64,000 bases of DNA from Bugula neritina (GCA_964035545.1 OZ037767.1:10860581-10924580), one strand, 5' to 3'; positions 14,807 through 29,330 are shown, counted from the stretch's first letter. A program made the numbers and translations. Notes: generated from the sequence alone by a model not told the origin.

Positions 14807-17622
14807 TTAGTTTCTTGGGACTGGACATTCTTGCAGTGTGTCACCAGGGGTAGAAGGCGATACTTTGGCAAAGCATTTGCCATTCTTGATAAGACTTTTA
14901 ATCTTATCGATGTAGTTTTTATGAAAATATGCGAACAATGCCACATTAGCAGTTCCATAAATAGAAAATATTATGGAGGAGACAGCTTCAACCCAAAACG
15001 AATACATTTGAATCATTTGAATGAATGTGCTTGCGAGAGTTGGTAAGCTCATCAGTATAAAGAGGCAGGTTGTCCATATTATATACATGCTGGCTGATTG
15101 AACTTTTCTCTGATTTCCCACAACTGATGGTCTTTGCATCATAAATTTTAGCTTTTTCCACATTCTTATCATCAGCAGAATTATGACGATAGACACGAGT
15201 GAAGTGAAGAATAAGAATCCAGCGAGAAAGCCTGTGGTTCTACCCGTGTAGGTCACTGAAGTTCTCACCCAGGAATGACAGAATTCATAGCCAACCATAA
15301 TAAGACATGCTGGGACAAAAAGAAATTGCAGCAGTATGGCGACACAAGTTACCGTTTTCATATTCTTGACTAAAAAGTTATTCTTGTAACTATGAGGATG
15401 GCAGACTCCAATGTACTGTTCAATACTTGACAGGAGAAGTATCAGATATCTAGATAAAGCAGATGTTCCAGCCATCGATGTAATGGTAAAGAAAATCCAA
15501 AATGGTGCTGGTGCCTGTAGCTTTAATATGCTCTCAGCGATGTAGCAGTTGTAGAGGAGAACGGAGGTTATGTTGTTGTAAATGTTTAGAATGCTCAGGT
15601 TTGCCGTAATCCAAAGGGACTTTTTGTCATTTATCTGCCCCAATATAACTAAGTGAAGAAGATTAACTATAATAGAAAAGTAATTGAGAGTGTCACTGAC
15701 TACCGTAAATGTTTTCTTACAGTCGGTGAAGTTGGTCTCGCAAGCAACAATATCCCTGTGTGATAGAGTCATTAGCCAATTATGCATCTTCTCAGATTTC
15801 GTACGATTACCTAAAATTTCTTAATCGTCAGAAAAACGCTATAGCATACGAAGAACTGGCTTGAAAATAAAATCTCTGTCGGAGAAAGTTGTTCGATATC
15901 TGAGTATTTAATTAGCTACATGTTCATTTATGTGCTGCATCATTTTGTAGATAGGCAGTACAGCATTTTAATTACATTGACATAGAGGCAAATCTATAAA
16001 GTTATGCGAATTCTACAGATGAAATCTATACAACTAAAAGTTCAAGTTTATACTACATCTATGGTTTTAATATTAATGACATGACAGTCTTTCAACCTCT
16101 TAAAGGATTGCTCTATCTTGTCTAATAAATGGCCATTTAGGTCAAACACACATAATATTGTGTTTTTCTAAGCATGCATTGACAAAAAGCATTTGACCAA
16201 AGGTAGAAAAAGTTAGTTGAAGTTGAGGGTGTAGATTGGTAACAGCCAAAACGCCGATTTTGAAATGAGCTGGGAAATGTGACGTAACAGCGCCAGCATT
16301 CCTGCTGGTCACGTGACTATACAAATGAATAACTATAGAAATATGACTGTGAAATGTGATCTTTCAGCTCGTAATTTGTATATTTATAGAAGTGCAAATG
16401 TGAATTATCTCAATCTATAGTTTTTTGACATGTTAAATAACATGTATGTGATAACATTAGGCCATATTTTGCTTGTAAACATAGAAAAAAGCATTGCAAA
16501 AACATGCATTCTTTAGGATTAATGCCTGCGATAGATCTAAACTAGGTCAAATTGTGCAATATTACGGGCGCACCAAAGCTGACCTATATAGCGCACTGTA
16601 ACTGCTTGAGCGTTATTGGTTGATGTTGCGCTCAGCAACCTTGAATACTAGCGTTATAGTTAGCACGTGCAGCATAGTTACTGGCGTTCACACGTCACGT
16701 ATTAGGCTATTCTTTTTCATGGCTGAAAATTTTACCTCCCTCAAAATTGGAATTTTGAAAAGCTGTTTTCTAAGCATATATCCCTTTGCAAAGTCACAAT
16801 TGTTTGCATACACATTAGATTATAGTTCATAATTATAATGTGATTGTAATAAACTAAGATAGAGCAATCCTTTAATATACTTTCCCTCCATTGTTTGCAC
16901 TATATATAGAAACTGAACTCATTAGTCAAAGTAGATGTGAAAAATCTATATACACATATTATATTGTTAAAAGTAAAGCATTATTTAGTGAGTGATCATT
17001 AATGCATGTTGCTGTCATTTGTAACCCACTTTTCATGCTACATCACATGCTGAAAAGTTTGAGTTAGCTACTTCAAGTAATGCTCTATAAGTCTATATTA
17101 TTTTAAATTTTGAAACAATAATGTATAATCAAGTTTCAAATTGGAAAAATTGCAGACTATTGCTTATTTGTCTAACCTTTATATAAATAGTGAACCATGT
17201 CTAATTACTGTACCGCAGCAACTAAATTAACAAACTCTGTTGAACATGTGATGGAGGACTGAATTGGTTTCAATCGTTCAACTTAGTGTGTGGAGAAAGA
17301 CTAAACTTGCAACAGTATTTATAAGAATATGTAAAGTTATTAGTGTGCGTACATAGGAATGAAATGTAGAGTTTCAACTCGCTGATAAATAAATGCCATT
17401 ACCAATAATAGAACACACATATAAGATTAAAGCATTGTGTAGATGAGTTTGAAAATATGATATGAAAATATGAATTTGTTAAGTGTGGTTTTTATATAAA
17501 TAAAAACGTCATACTAATAGTTATACTAATACATATAGCACTAATATCTTACTATATTGCTTTCTGATTCAAGTAAGTACAAAGTATGTACGGAGTATGT
17601 CATAACAATACTTACCTGCCAT
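14807..17622 (-). CDS. Orphan class A (rhodopsin-like) 7TM GPCR, chemoreceptor-like; exons 17622-17616 and 15810-14807
   Basis: 326-aa ORF with 7 hydrophobic segments, a TM3-end motif SIEQYIGVCHP (DRY-like) and TM7 YGTANVALFAYFHKNY. Upstream mini-exon GCCATGGCAG|GTAAGT splices in phase 1 to TTTTAG|GTAATCGTACG, giving MAGNRT (N-glycosylation sequon). The main exon is high confidence; the mini-exon is inferred. Confidence 0.85.
16104..16871. mobile_element. Kolobok-type non-autonomous DNA transposon in the inferred GPCR intron
   Basis: Perfect 16-bp TIR AGGATTGCTCTATCTT / AAGATAGAGCAATCCT flanked by TTAA on both sides (16100-16103, 16872-16875). Confidence 0.85.
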
Positions 17623-18979
17623 GGCTACTGATTTCTCTGTTACCACAGCAGGAGTTTTAGAGAGTTTAGGAACAGGTTTGCACTAATATTACGCATTTCA
17701 TACCCTTAGTACTTTCTGTGCAAACATGATTATTTGATCATGCCCAATAAAAAGTTGTTATAACATGTTACTGTTCAACAAAACCCTCCTTATAAAATAC
17801 ATTAATTATAGCATGTCTATAAATATGCTGGGAGAGCTGGTTTCACTTACATTGAAAGCATGGGAGTGAAACTATATGTCATAGCATGTAGTAATATAAT
17901 ATCACTTCATCTTAAGACTGCACTGTTTGCATATTAGGATTTCCATTTATTAGTTAACATTTAAACTGTATGTTTGGTATTAACAAGCATATCAATGGCA
18001 TTTCGTATTGAAATTATAATTTAATTTTATAGGTGCAGTGCCCCAATTTTTCAAATGGCTGAATACTATATTGATCCACATGTATGCAGTTTATGTAAAA
18101 TTATAATTATAGAGCCATATGATGATCTTTATTTAGTGATCACTATGGCGATTATGGAGAAATCAATCTGATGGGTTTACTTTAGGACTGCATGTAGTCT
18201 ATGCATGAATTATATCAACTACAGAACGATCCTGTTAAAAGCAACATAATCTTTGACTTGACCATACTGAAATATTATGTCTCGTATTTATTTTTCAATG
18301 TAGAGGACACAACTCTAGTAAGAATTTTGCAGGGACTAATACTACATACATTCTTATTTAATTACATCATCTGCTCCAATTGATACAGTAGCTCCATGGA
18401 AGTTGAACAGTTTTCCACATTTTCTGCACAGAAGTTCAGCTACTCGATTCAATATAATATGCAACATTGGCTTTTATAATCAAGTATACATTATGACTGG
18501 TAATATCTATTTATTGTTGGAAACAAAGCTAATAGCATAAAATAAATTCTTTCACAGAGGAAGTACAAAAAATATAATCTAAACATTACCAACTCAGCAC
18601 CACACCAGGGTTTATATATCATTGAAAATTGTGCCGATTTTGAAAAAGAAACAGAAAAAAGTAAAATGAAAACCAACTAAATATTTAAAGAGTAAATATC
18701 TTAAAGGAGTAGATACACAGACCAGAACAGCTAGTTATAAAGGGCAGAGTTTCCTATATAATATCAACTATTTCAACAGAGAAAACTCTGAGCAAACTTT
18801 ACACAGTATTAGAGTTATCTCTCCATACATAATAAAAACTTAAAAAAACAACTCATAATTTGACTATAATTTAGTTGAAAAGACAAGAAACTAAGCATAT
18901 TATAGTAGATGATAAGAGTAAGTGAATAAATAGTAAATACTGCATGTTGAAGGAGCCATGTTAGTAATGAACTCTTCTT

Positions 18980-19107
18980 CCACTATACCAATAGTCCATA
19001 GGTGATAGTTGAGAAGGTATACTATATACTATACCCATAGTCCAGAGTGATAGTTGAGGGGTATACTATACACTATACCCATAGTCCAGAGTGATAGTTG
19101 AGGGGTA
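18980..19107. repeat. ~40-bp tandem repeat, 3 copies
   Basis: ACTATACCCATAGTCCAGAGTGATAGTTGAGGGGTAT repeated. Confidence 0.85.
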
Positions 19108-19754
19108 AACATGAGTCTTTCAGAGCACATCAATACAAAATATAATCTACAAAAAGAAGGCAGAGTCATTACAATGAGTATGCTAGTAACAACTGAGCTA
19201 TGAAACAGTCAGTGTGTACATATTGTAATAGCTGCTAGCTACACCAACACTACCACACTCCGTAGCTGAGTGATATATAGCCCAGCTGAGGTGGTACAAG
19301 GTAAAGTTGCATTTATACCTTCACGATTTCCAGTCAGAAATTTAATTTGACTTGTGATAACTTAATCTATTGATTTCAGAGAAACAATCAAAGGGAATGA
19401 TAACTCCTTGTAGATATAGGTATTCATGTTATATAGGTTGTCTTCTCAATTGTGGATTTTATACTGTCAACTTGACTAATTCATTATGTTTTTAAAAAGA
19501 TGAAAGATCGATTTTTCACTATTAGAAAGTTAGTTTCCGCATCAATATGATTTCAACAACTCTCAGTAAAACTATAAAGGGGTACTCGGAAGAGTGAAAT
19601 TAACTGAAACTCTGAACTTTTTTCAGCAGAGGTATAATGGCAACTTTAGATATATCTTATAGGAGAGCTTCATCTTCCCACCTCCCTCCCCTCCCCCAAA
19701 CACAACTGAACCTACACCAAGTGCTACTCTCCTACATATACTACAGAGAAAGTA

Positions 19755-19878
19755 GATATATTACAAAATCTATAAACATATAACAGAAACTATAAATACA
19801 TTACAGAAACTATAAATATATTACAGAAACTATAAATATATTACAGAATCTATAAATATATTACAGAAAATATAAATA
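19755..19878. repeat. 20-bp tandem repeat (TTACAGAAACTATAAATATA)n
   Basis: About 6 copies. Confidence 0.9.
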
Positions 19879-20894
19879 AGTTGTGAAAACTCAAAGATGG
19901 AAAAACTAATCAACTTGAACATTAACTATCGCATAAAGCAGTCAGCTTTACAACTTCAAACAAAAACTGATAGTAAGTTTCCAGAGCAAATGAGGCATTG
20001 CAAGGAGACGAATGACTAATATTGAATAATCAGAATACAGAATCAACCATGTATCCAGAAGGTATAGAGTTTCACATGGCACTAGCTTACAGGTATAATG
20101 TACGACAGCCTACAAGGTTTGCATAAGTGCAGCTTACATATAGCTAAGCCTATACTTCACTGATAAATACAACTATGGTTGTGCTTCACTTGCCACTAGT
20201 TGATAAATTATATGGAAGTAAATTTCCAATCATCATAAATTATATTTCCAGGTATTAAAAACCATTACTGTTAGTAGAACTAACCTAGTATAAGCTAAAA
20301 CTAGAGATGGGAAGATAATTCCAAGCTACAAATTCAACTGAATATGGCAGTGACTCATGCAGATGATATGCTGAGCAGTTGGGGACCCTTTGCTATTAGT
20401 CACACATACTGTCTTTATAACACATGTGACCAGTGCGCAGGTGGATGTATTTCTCCTGTGATGGGGGGGGGGGGGGAAGTTGGTAGAAAATTATATATAA
20501 AGAATGTTCAACCAGTTTGATTGGCTAATGCTGTCGCAGTACCTTAGCTGAGTAACATTGAGTTATATTATTATTATTTAAAGCCAAGAATAGATGCAAC
20601 TGCATTTTAAACTCACAAAATGGCTAAAGTGAAGGAATGCTTTTGACACACGGTATCCTCTGGGTGCAAGGAGGGTGGATGAAGGGTAGGTAAGGGGGTA
20701 GAAAGAGAGGAGACAAGGTGGTGCAAGGAAGAGCAAGGTGGTGCAAGGAAGTGCAAGGTAGTGCAGGGTTCAAGTACTGGATGACACACAATTAGCTGAG
20801 AGCAAATACTGACAGTACAGCAAGAGACTAAGTAATGCAATCTACTAGTTGTTTATTTATCCTCGAGAATTGAGTAATCCCTGAAGTGCTTATC

Positions 20895-21710
20895 AGTACA
20901 CTATACACTACACACACAGTACACTACACACAGTACACTACACACAGTACACTACACACACAGTACACTATACACAGTACACTACACACAATACACTATA
21001 CACAGTACACTACACACAGTACACTATACACAGTACACTACACACAGTACACTATACACAATACACTACACACAGTATACTATACACAGTACACTATACA
21101 CAATACACAGTACACTATATATAGTATACTACACACAGTACACTACACACAGTACACTACACACAGTACACTATACACAGTACACTATACACAGCACACT
21201 ATACACAGTACACTATACACAGTACACTATATATAGTATACTACACACAGTACACTTTACACAGTACACTACACACAGTACACTATACACAGTACACTAT
21301 ACACAGCACACTATACACAGTACACTATACACAGTACACTATACACAGTATACTATACACAGTACACTTTACACAGTACACTATACACAGTACACTATAC
21401 ACAGTACACTACACACAGTATACTACACACAGTACACTATACACAGTATACTATACACAGTATACTGTACACAGTACACTATACACAGTACACTGTACAC
21501 AGTATACTATACACAGTATACTACACACAGTACACTATACACTACACACAGTATACTATACACAGTACACTATATACAGTACACTATACACAGTATACTA
21601 TACACAGTATACTACACACAGTACACTATACACTACACACATTACACTATACACAGTACACTATATACAGTACACTATACACACAGTACACTATACACAC
21701 AGTACACACA
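20895..21710. repeat. 14-bp minisatellite (CAGTACACTATACA)n
   Basis: More than 50 copies read directly. Confidence 0.97.
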
Positions 21711-21936
21711 GAGTATAGTATGTGGTATGAGCCAGGGTAGAATAAGAGTCTAAAGAGAGATATTATCACATTCTGATAATCATACTTCAATTAGTCATGA
21801 TTTATAGCATTACGCTGACCTACATAACTGTGAAGGTGATAGTGATATAGTTTAGTGTGTTAGCACTTGATGAGGTTCCAAGTTGCCTTATATGTACTAA
21901 ATACTTGTGTCTTAATAGCACAAGCTCACACTGCAT

Positions 21937-22163
21937 CAGTACACACTACAGTATGTAACAGTACACACTACAGTATGTAATAATACACACCACAGTATAC
22001 AACAGTATACACTACAGTATACACTACAGTATATAACAGTATACACTACAGTATGCAATAGTATACACTACAGTATATAACAGTATACACTACAGTATGT
22101 AACAGTATACACTACAGTATATAACAGTATACACTACAGTATGTAACAGTATACACTACAGTA
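21937..22163. repeat. 21-bp minisatellite (CAGTATACACTACAGTATATAA-like)
   Basis: About 10 copies, just 3' of the CDC42SE stop codon. Confidence 0.9.
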
Positions 22164-22210
22164 CCCACCATATGGAATAGGAAGACCAACAGTAAGTAAC
22201 ATTGGTAGGA

Positions 22211-25200
22211 CTACCGCGTTGACTGCACATCTATCAACGATAGTCTAACATTGACTGGTAATTGAACGTCGTAGCCTCCTTTTGACTTTAGTTGCTCTTG
22301 CATGGTGGAGACCTGAAAGAGATAGATATAACACTAGTTAAAGAAACTGCGCAGGTTGCATGTTGAGGTAATAATGCTTGAGGATATTTTGTAATTAATG
22401 ATCTACTAATTACAATATTTCTATTTTAAACGCTTGGTGTGATTTCCTCTACAGGTAACATTTACTAGCTCTGCCCTAGCACTGTATAAACACTTGACTG
22501 TATGTACGTATAACCACCACCACACCCACAGTGCTACACGTACAGCTAGTTCATGTATATCACTCTCCTCTCTACTTCGCTCTGAATATATCAACTTACT
22601 GCTCATCCATAAGTTGAATCACCAACTAAATTTGGAAAACCCTGTGTTTTAGATGAGAACTAAGAAAAAGGTTACACCTGAGACTTTTAACTTCAAACCA
22701 AAATTAAAGAACTTAAACTATTGAAATTTCTCTGTTACTGCAGCTAAATGAGGCAAACAAATTGGCTGATCATTAGTAGAGTTGACAAGTCCAACAAGTT
22801 GGTGGAAACAGTCTGTGTGAACATGTTATACACCAAGTATATTATATTTATGATAAGTTATACTTAGTATAACAACTGTGAAGCTGAATCATACAGCAGA
22901 TTACACGCCAGGAGCAGATAACAATTGCTCAAGGACAAACTGGTGACGCAATGTTCAAATTCTAGGTCTTTTCTGCTTGGCATTTGCATTAAATTCTCCC
23001 CAACTCAAAACAATAGGAAAGAGTGGAGGCGCTATTTAGCAGGGGTTACCCAGTGATATCATGGTAATCTTGTATATTCCAAGATTAATTAGTATTGCAT
23101 GTTGACTGGATATAAAAACACCCCCAACTCATGATCATGAGTCACCAGCTCATATGAAACCCACACAATAATTATTTCAAGACACACCAACCTGCCACCA
23201 AAATAGCTCTGTAATATTCAGACTTGAGTGACAGGCTGAGCTAGAAATTAACCCGCCTTTCTTTCATTACCAGCAAGTACCAACTACTGCACTTCCCACA
23301 GGTATTACGTTTGTGGGTTGAAATTTACTTTAAATTTATTTTTGCTAAAACTACCTCCCACCAAAACATAACAATTGATTTGTAGGCTCTTGAACATTAA
23401 CAACTAAATGCTGTTTCTAGCCAGAAGCTGTGTCATTGGGTGACAAAGAAATGAGTCATTTTGCAGGCTTATGGTTCACAGAAGAGAAACAAAAGCAAAT
23501 ACTCATCATTATTGAGAATGCAGTGGCTATGATTAGAGGACAATATAAACAGACTACCTTTTCAGTGGCTCCACTGCTGGACACATCTCCAGAGCCCACG
23601 TGGCCGGTGTGTACAAAGTTAGTTGGTTCTCCAATCATACTTCTGTCTATTCTACGCCTCCTCTACAACCAAATCAATAGTTGATGGTCACTCCTAGTAG
23701 TCAGTCACACTCACAGTAGTTACTCACACTCAAAGTAGTTACTCACACTCAAAGTAGCTACTCACACTCAAAGTAGCTACTCACACTCAAAGTAGTTACT
23801 CACAGTAGTCACACTCACAGTAGCTACTCCGCCATATGATTGAAAATTGAGAAAAAATTGTTAGAAATAAATTAGACATTATATGTTCTTGAAAGCATGA
23901 GACTAAAACTACTTTACTGGAGGATTCCTTGTTGCTGAAAACTAGATAATAAAATATAGAATTCACACTAAATGCTGACCGTTCTAAACCAGAGGATTCC
24001 AACCTTTTCTGCATTAGGACTATACAACAATTTGCAAATGAGAAGATATCTTACAGGAGAATGAGTTTGAGGGCAAAATTGAAAATACCAAAGGACATAA
24101 CTAACACAGTTGACCAGCCAAGATAAGCTGAGATTCAGTTATTTAAGGGCAGATTTTAAGCTGAAACTTGTATATTGTGCTTATCTAACATCCAATACTA
24201 GTGACCAGTCGAAACCTTGAAAGTGTTCAACTGTAGACATCAGATTTGGTGCAGTGGCTTAATGTACTGATAGTAACATAGCAGCAGTAGGAGAAGTAGC
24301 AGCAGTAGTAGAAGTAGTAGTAGTAGTGGTAGTGGTAGTACTAGTAGTACAAGTAGCAGTAGCAGCAGCAGTAGAAGTAGTAGTAGTAGTAGTGGTAGTA
24401 GTAGTAGTAGTAGTAGCAGTAGCTGCAGTAGTAGAAGTAGAAGTAGCAGTAGTAGTAGTAGTAGTAGTAGTAGTAGAAGTAGTAGTAGTAGTTACTGGTG
24501 CTTACATGTACTACTAGCGTTGCTGGACACAACATTACAAGATGCACAACAAAAACCACCTGACTTATGAAGAGCACGCTCTATCTATAGATAGGGTTGG
24601 GTGGGTTGGTTTAAATTTAATTTTTTACAAAAAATAGCACTGGGGGAAGCAAAAACTGTATTTAATAAGCAACCACTTTGGTGAGGAAATATAAAATAGA
24701 ATCTTCATTTACTGTATTTATTACAACAGAGGCTAGGGAAACTGACTGGTGGAATATTCACAGTGCAGAGTGGTTTAGCAGAAGGCAGGGCAGGTTCATC
24801 TGCGGCCCTATGTGATGCAGTCTGTCAAATGTGACAACTTGATACAGTGTCAGCATGGTGTGGTTATGTGCATATGTAATCATATGTGCACAACGGCAAT
24901 GCAACTTACAGCAACTCTTATTGGTTTGATTTACATGCCAGGCGCATTCCAATAAAAATATTGGAAGAAAATCCGACCATTGTATTGCATCACACAGGGC
25001 TTAGTCAGATACAGAAGGATTACCACTAAGGAAGGCTTAGCTCTAGGGATTAGCTTTCAGTTACTACCATCTTAGCGGTCCTTCTTCAACATGCACTACA
25101 GTTTACGAGTCAACAGACAATAAGCTAGCCCAACTTGTGGTGATAACATGTAGCAGTAAACAGGATGTTAAAGTCACTTACAACGGGCTCTTGGGGTTGA

Positions 25201-25223
25201 GGTCTGAAGCATATTAGACTCAT
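22211..25223 (-). CDS. CDC42SE2: CDC42 small effector protein (SPEC family), 82 aa; exons 25223-25182, 23662-23558, 22312-22211
   Basis: Spliced product [14 protein letters not shown]|[35 protein letters not shown]|[33 protein letters not shown] has the CRIB motif and the SKGGY tail diagnostic of CDC42SE1/2; both introns are GT-AG, phase 0; ACCATG has an upstream in-frame stop. Confidence 0.93.
23690..23830. repeat. 20-bp tandem repeat (ACTCACACTCAAAGTAGCT-like)
   Basis: About 6 copies, intronic. Confidence 0.85.
24278..24492. repeat. (GTA/GCA)n trinucleotide repeat
   Basis: Direct reading; intronic. Confidence 0.95.
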
Positions 25224-28112
25224 GGTTTTCACCAGAATAACTCGCCAGGGTCGACCAACAACTCAGCAGATGTAGAAGGCGGCACTCTGCTGGTACAACC
25301 AACCAATCAGCTTCAACTTCCTGTTTCTAAGAACAATACAATAAGTTGTCAGTATTTACAGTAATGCATATTACAGAACTTGCACAATGGGGTGAGAGAT
25401 CATGATATCTGCCAAAACCTGTCCTCATTGTTTACTAGAAATTTATGTGGTAAAATATTTTACTGTGATTTGTTGAACTCTAGAATGCTAGTTTTGACAG
25501 GTATGGTATTCCAGAGTCTAAGCTATAATAATATGCAAATCCTCTAATCAGAAATGTTTTGAGTTCCCTACTAAAACTGAAGTAGGCGAAATAAATAGTT
25601 TTTATCATCTCTTATAATAACATCAGTTTTAGTTTGAGCTTCAACCCAATTTTTTTAATTTTAAACTGCAAATTCCCATATATAAACAGCTCTACAAACA
25701 GATTATAAATATGGTGAAACAGCCGTCATATCTTGTAGTTACACGATGGGAGATTTGATGTGCAGAAATTCAGTTAAAATGGAGAACTTGTGTACAAAAA
25801 GCCACTTATGAATGAGTATCTAAACCTTCAATGACCTTGTGTGTATATAATGGTAGTGGATTTTACCATTGACACTTAGTAAAAGTTTGGCAGCTGCACT
25901 ACTAGCTACTTGAGGAATGCAAGGTAAGCTAAGAATGTGACTGCTGGCTATTAATCAAGGTGACTGTCAACTATATTTCCTCTTCAAGCAGTTGAAAGGT
26001 AGCTACAGTTTACCTGCAGTACTACTAACAGTACCTGCAGGAATATGGAACCAGGACTACAGACTGGTCCCATATCCACAGTTTACCTGCAGTACTACTA
26101 ACAGTACCTGCAGGGATATGAACCAGGACCACAGACTACATCCCACAGGCTACACACATAATAGGTCTGCTGACATTAACATCTAGACATATGCAGAGAG
26201 ATGCATAGTAAACAGCTGACCTAAACAGCCAGATAGACTCAAGTGGCTGCTCTGACGCACACCTCCTCAAATCAATACTTGGAGGTAAATGTTATGAATG
26301 TAAGAGACCGGAGTCTATTATTAACATGCTGTACTTTTGCATCACTCTTCAATGCTAGAAGTCTCTTCAGCACAATTAGGAGAGAAAAGTTAAATGGTAG
26401 CTGATGTTATTAATTGGACGTCTGAAGCTTCACACCAGGCAAATGTTACTATTATATGGTGGATATGTTTATTTAAATCTACGGAAGCTGTGCCTTTCTC
26501 AAGCAGCAAGGTCACTGCCTGCATATGTTATGAAGGTACAAACTTTATGACAAGAAATCTTAGCCCAAGTATCATATATACATCAGGGCATGTAAATATA
26601 GATTATTTACACAGATATTGGTCTGCCATAATTCAGAGGTTTCTCCATTATTCACTGATCTATCAAGTTTGACTGAGTTATTTTACATTTACACACGTCA
26701 TTACAATATAGCAGAAACACAGCTATTGTAATTTGAATAACTATTGTAATAATTGGACAAAATCAGCTTGAATATGAAATATCATCACTAGTTGTGAGTC
26801 AGTTCGACTATGATAGTAGTAATGCCGAACTCAAATTGACTTGAGAATTTTATTAAATTTTGAAATAGAGGCAAATCAAAATTAAAAATTATTTAGAAAA
26901 TCACATAGTTTATAAACTGTATATAAATTACTCAGTACAACTATAGGTGTGGCTGTCATCATCTGATTCTATTTGAATAATAAATTTATATGGGTGTAAT
27001 CCAATTATAACACTTCATATGCGTGTTCAATCTAGCAAAACCTCAAACTTGAACAATCAGATTAAGCTATGAAGGGCCAAGGCTAAGCTAAACCTAGGAC
27101 TAAGTTGGATCACTAGTTAAGGAAATCAGTAGATGGAAATATTAAAAAAAACAACATACAGTTGAACTCCACATAACATTCTTATTTGATTAGCCTGAAA
27201 TTATTACCACTTCGATCTTAATTTTAAAGCTGGTTATTTTGATAACCACATTGATCTAGTTTCAAATCTAAACTACAATTATGGAAACTTTGAACCTTTA
27301 ACTATCACTATGACTCTTTTCATTTTAAGCACCTAACAATTATTATAATAGTGAACATAAAGAAAAAATTATGATTATCATAATTATAACTATAGTAATA
27401 GGACATCAATGATGAATAATGATAATTGTCTTAATTGTGATTACTACCTGACTGAAGGCAAGTACAATCCTTATAACTGTTTAGGGCTTTAAACTAAAGA
27501 CTGACATAAAGTAGAGCCAGCATAGAAATGTTATGGCAGTTTTCTTTAACCTCATTATAATAATTTGAATCGTCATCCAATAAAATAAAATATTGATATA
27601 ATCTGACAGCTTTTGTAGTTGATGGTATTAATTATAATATTAAATGCAATTGTTGTTAATTATATCACAGTTATCGTTCAGATAATATAAGTGATTGACA
27701 TTATGCTTCACGGGGCTTATATTAAATTCTTTATTTTTATTTCAATGTTCTGACATACTTATTTTAAAAAAGATATCAACATTGTATAATATTAATAATG
27801 AAAATCAAATTCATATTATTAATATTATTACTAGCTACTTTCTATCAACTAAAAAAACTAAACTATCAACAGTTAGAAAATTTATAACTCTAAGTAATAC
27901 TTACAGTTAATGTTATACTTATACAGTAACAGTAAGACTAAGCGAGTAACTAGTAACAGACTGAGACAACTGCAACACTAACAGTAATTCAACTAGAAGT
28001 AGTAGTACTACTAGTACAGTAGTAGTACTAATACTAGTAGTAGTAGTGCTCATGGTTGAGTCTGATGACTCATCTACTGGCTGTAGTCGCAGGACTAGAC
28101 CTAGGGCTAGTC

Positions 28113-28496
28113 AAATTCACGACATTTCGAAAATGGCAATTGGAAAACACCTATTTGGAAAATGGACAATTAGAAAATGGACAATTGGAAAATAGACATT
28201 TGGAAAATGAAGAATATTCAACATGGCCTAGTCCAGAGGGGCGTTTAGTATCTTTTTGTAAATATGAACAATTGTAAATTGGAACTACTCGGTAACTAAT
28301 TCTACTTCCATGATAGCCTAACTGATTCGGCCATTATATTTATTTTTAAAAGCTATTTCGGAATTGACCAGATGCCAGACAACCCCTCAAGACTAGACCA
28401 TGTTGAATATTTTCCATTTTCCAAATGTCTGTTTTCCAATTGTCCATTTTCCAAATAGGTGTTTTTCAATTGTCATTTTCGAAATGTCGTGTAACC
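28113..28496. mobile_element. Foldback MITE with ~125-bp inverted arms built from 15-bp subrepeats
   Basis: CACGACATTTCGAAAATGGCAATTGGAAAACACCTATTTGGAAAATGGACAATT... mirrors ...AATTGTCCATTTTCCAAATAGGTGTTTTTCAATTGTCATTTTCGAAATGTCGTG; flanks GGGCTAGTC / GGGCTGAGTC resemble a 9-10-bp TSD. Confidence 0.85.
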
Positions 28497-29330
28497 GGGC
28501 TGAGTCTACTGAGCTAGTGCCACTGTCAGTGTCACAAGTACAAGTTCAAATTTTCTTCCATTTGAAAATCAATTAAATTTTAATTTGTTTTTAATTATCT
28601 GTCGATGTTATTTCCACACTGGACCTCCCTAGAGGGAAGAAGGGGTGTGCCTCATATAAAAAACTAAGTTGTCAGTACTTGGACAGTAGTCTAAAAAGTG
28701 TTAACATTCTTGTGCAGATTAACTTAACAGGCTAACTAGCCTGTCTATTTAAAATAAAAATCATACTCATACTGATAATCACTTAAATTAATCACTTAAT
28801 GGTAATACTAATAAGGTTAACTTCAACTTTAATACATTGTGAATCATTGGTTTAATTAAATAATAATTGTAATATTAATTATCAGTATTATTATTAATCA
28901 TTAACTTTAAGTTAAATATTATAAATATTAAATATAATCATTTATTCACTCACAGCCATGGCGGCGTGAGTGTGACTGGGGTAACACACTGTCAGTTAAG
29001 TGCTACACTTAGTAGTACTAGTAAAACTACTACTAGTAGTAGTAGTAATACTACTACTAGTACTAGTAGTAGTACTAGTACTAGTAGTACTAGTAGTAGC
29101 AGCAGTAGCTCAGTTGTCGTTGAAGTTGTAGTTCTACTTCAACTAAGTAGTTGTACCACCACCAGTACAGGTAATGACTAGACACTAGTAGCAGTACTAC
29201 TCATGTCTCATACTCATACTCATAGTCATACACTATCATACACTGATACAGACATACTGACTCTGAGCACTCAGTACTGGCAGTGGCTAGTAACTATATT
29301 CATTTCTTCCGTTGTTGTCACAATACTTAC

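Noticed and set aside
20886-21236. 116-aa His/Thr/Tyr-rich ORF
   Set aside because: Translation of the 14-bp minisatellite
24326-24577. Poly-Val and poly-Tyr ORFs (also the Ser/Thr ORF at 28966-29181)
   Set aside because: Trinucleotide repeats in CDC42SE introns
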